This document shows positions 62,792 to 64,000 of a DNA stretch of 64,000 nucleotides, in pieces (the stretch's first letter is position 1; every line of letters begins with the position of its first letter). The stretch lies in contig NC_086097.1 in NCBI RefSeq assembly GCF_963921235.1, positions 73,844,001 to 73,908,000 of the forward strand, read 5' to 3'. Below the pieces are notes generated by a model, which saw only the letters and a program-made list of their open reading frames with translations, ran no database searches and was not told the origin of the DNA. The position numbers and the translations under genes are program-made. This DNA is from Mobula hypostoma (Eukaryota).

Positions 62792-64000
62792 ATAGACCAT
62801 AGACATAGGAGCAAAATTAGACTATTTGGCCCATCAAATCTCCTCCACCATTTCATTGTGGTAGATCTATTTCACTTTCAGTCCCAATCTCCTGTCTTTT
62901 CCCCATAACCCTTCATGCCCTGACTAATCAAGAACCTATCAATCTCTGCCTTAAGTATACCCAATGAGTTGGCCTCCACAGCTGCCTGTGGCAACGAATT
63001 CCACAGATTCACCACTCTCTGGTTAAAGAAATTCCTCCTCATCTCTGTTCTAAAAGAAGCGGATCCAACATAGACTTCTGTGGAACACCACTATTCACCA
63101 GCAGCTAACCAGAAAAGGCTCCCTTTATTCCAACTCTTTGTCTCCTACCAATCAGCCAATATCTTTCCTGTAATACAATGGGTTCTTAACTTGTTATGCA
63201 GCCTATTGTGTGGCACCTTCTTAAAGGCCTTCTGAAAATCCAAGTACACAACATCCACCAATTCTCCTTTACCTATCCTGGTTATTTCTTCAAAGAATTC
63301 CAACAGATTTGTCAGATAAGATTTTCCTTTAAGGAAACCATGCTTACTATGACCTATTTTAACATGTACCTCCAAGTATCCTGAAACCACATCCTTAACA
63401 ATCAACTCCAACATCTTCCCAACTACTAAAGTCAGATTAGCTAGCCTATAATTTCCTTTCTTCTGTCTCTAATCCTTCTTGAAGAATGGAATGACATTTG
63501 CAATTTTCCATTCCTCTGGAAACATGCCAGATCAATTGATTCTTGAAAGATAATTACTAATGCCTCTTCAATCTCTTCAGCTGCCTCTTTCATCTGGTCC
63601 AGGTGACTTTAAGACCTCTTAGTTTCTCAAGAACCTTCTTCCTAGTAATGGCAACTTCACACACTTCTGTTCCCTGATACTCTTGAACATCTGGCATACT
63701 GCTAGTGTCTTTCACAGTTCATCTGCCATTTCCTTTACCCTCATTACTACCTCTCCAGCATCATTTTCCCCTGGTCCAATATCTACTCTCACCCCCTTTT
63801 ACGCATTATATATCTAAAAAATCTTTTGGTATCTTCTTTAATATTGTTAGCTAGCTTACCTTCATGTTCCATCTTTTCCTTTTTTACAACTTTTTTGCCT
63901 TCTGTTGGTTTTTCAAAGTTTCTCAATCCTCTAAGTTCCCACTAATTTTTGCTCTATTATATATCCTTTCTTTGGATTTTATGTTGGCCTTGACTTCTCT
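62792..64000 (-). mobile_element. CR1 fragment with an internal deletion, running off the window
   Basis: Tail tagaccatagacataggagc; ORF 63145-63414 'HGFLKGKSYLTNLLEFFE..VYLDFQKAF'; deletion junction at about 63055. Confidence 0.9.

Overview
Eukaryotic, repeat-rich genomic DNA, most likely from a cartilaginous fish (probably a ray; inferred from the CR1/HER1-type LINEs, HE1/V-SINE, Deu-domain SINE and the Penelope family). I recognise no intact host protein-coding gene. Roughly half of the window is transposon-derived: a decayed Ty3/Gypsy element with a tRNA-Leu PBS (1-5492), many CR1 copies including a near-intact one at 59.5-62.8 kb, Rex1/Babar LINE fragments, a decayed hAT (Tip100/ZMYM1-like) transposon, solo-LTR-like elements, a 2.1-kb pyrimidine-rich minisatellite, and a large family of Penelope-like elements (PLEs). 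The most notable structure is in the PLEs. Their 3' ends carry a minimal type I hammerhead ribozyme (AGUC-CUGANGA-stem II-GAAACGUC^GACU). They occur as TSD-flanked palindromes from about 150 bp to 1.8 kb, in which the inverted arm always stops at the same GTGTGTT(G) boundary. One mini-palindrome begins exactly at the predicted ribozyme cleavage site. TE-poor AT-rich stretches (about 32-43, 50.3-50.6 and 55.2-57.9 kb) look like conserved non-coding regulatory DNA and contain a few exon-like segments. Boundaries of old, degenerate repeats are approximate and were read by eye.
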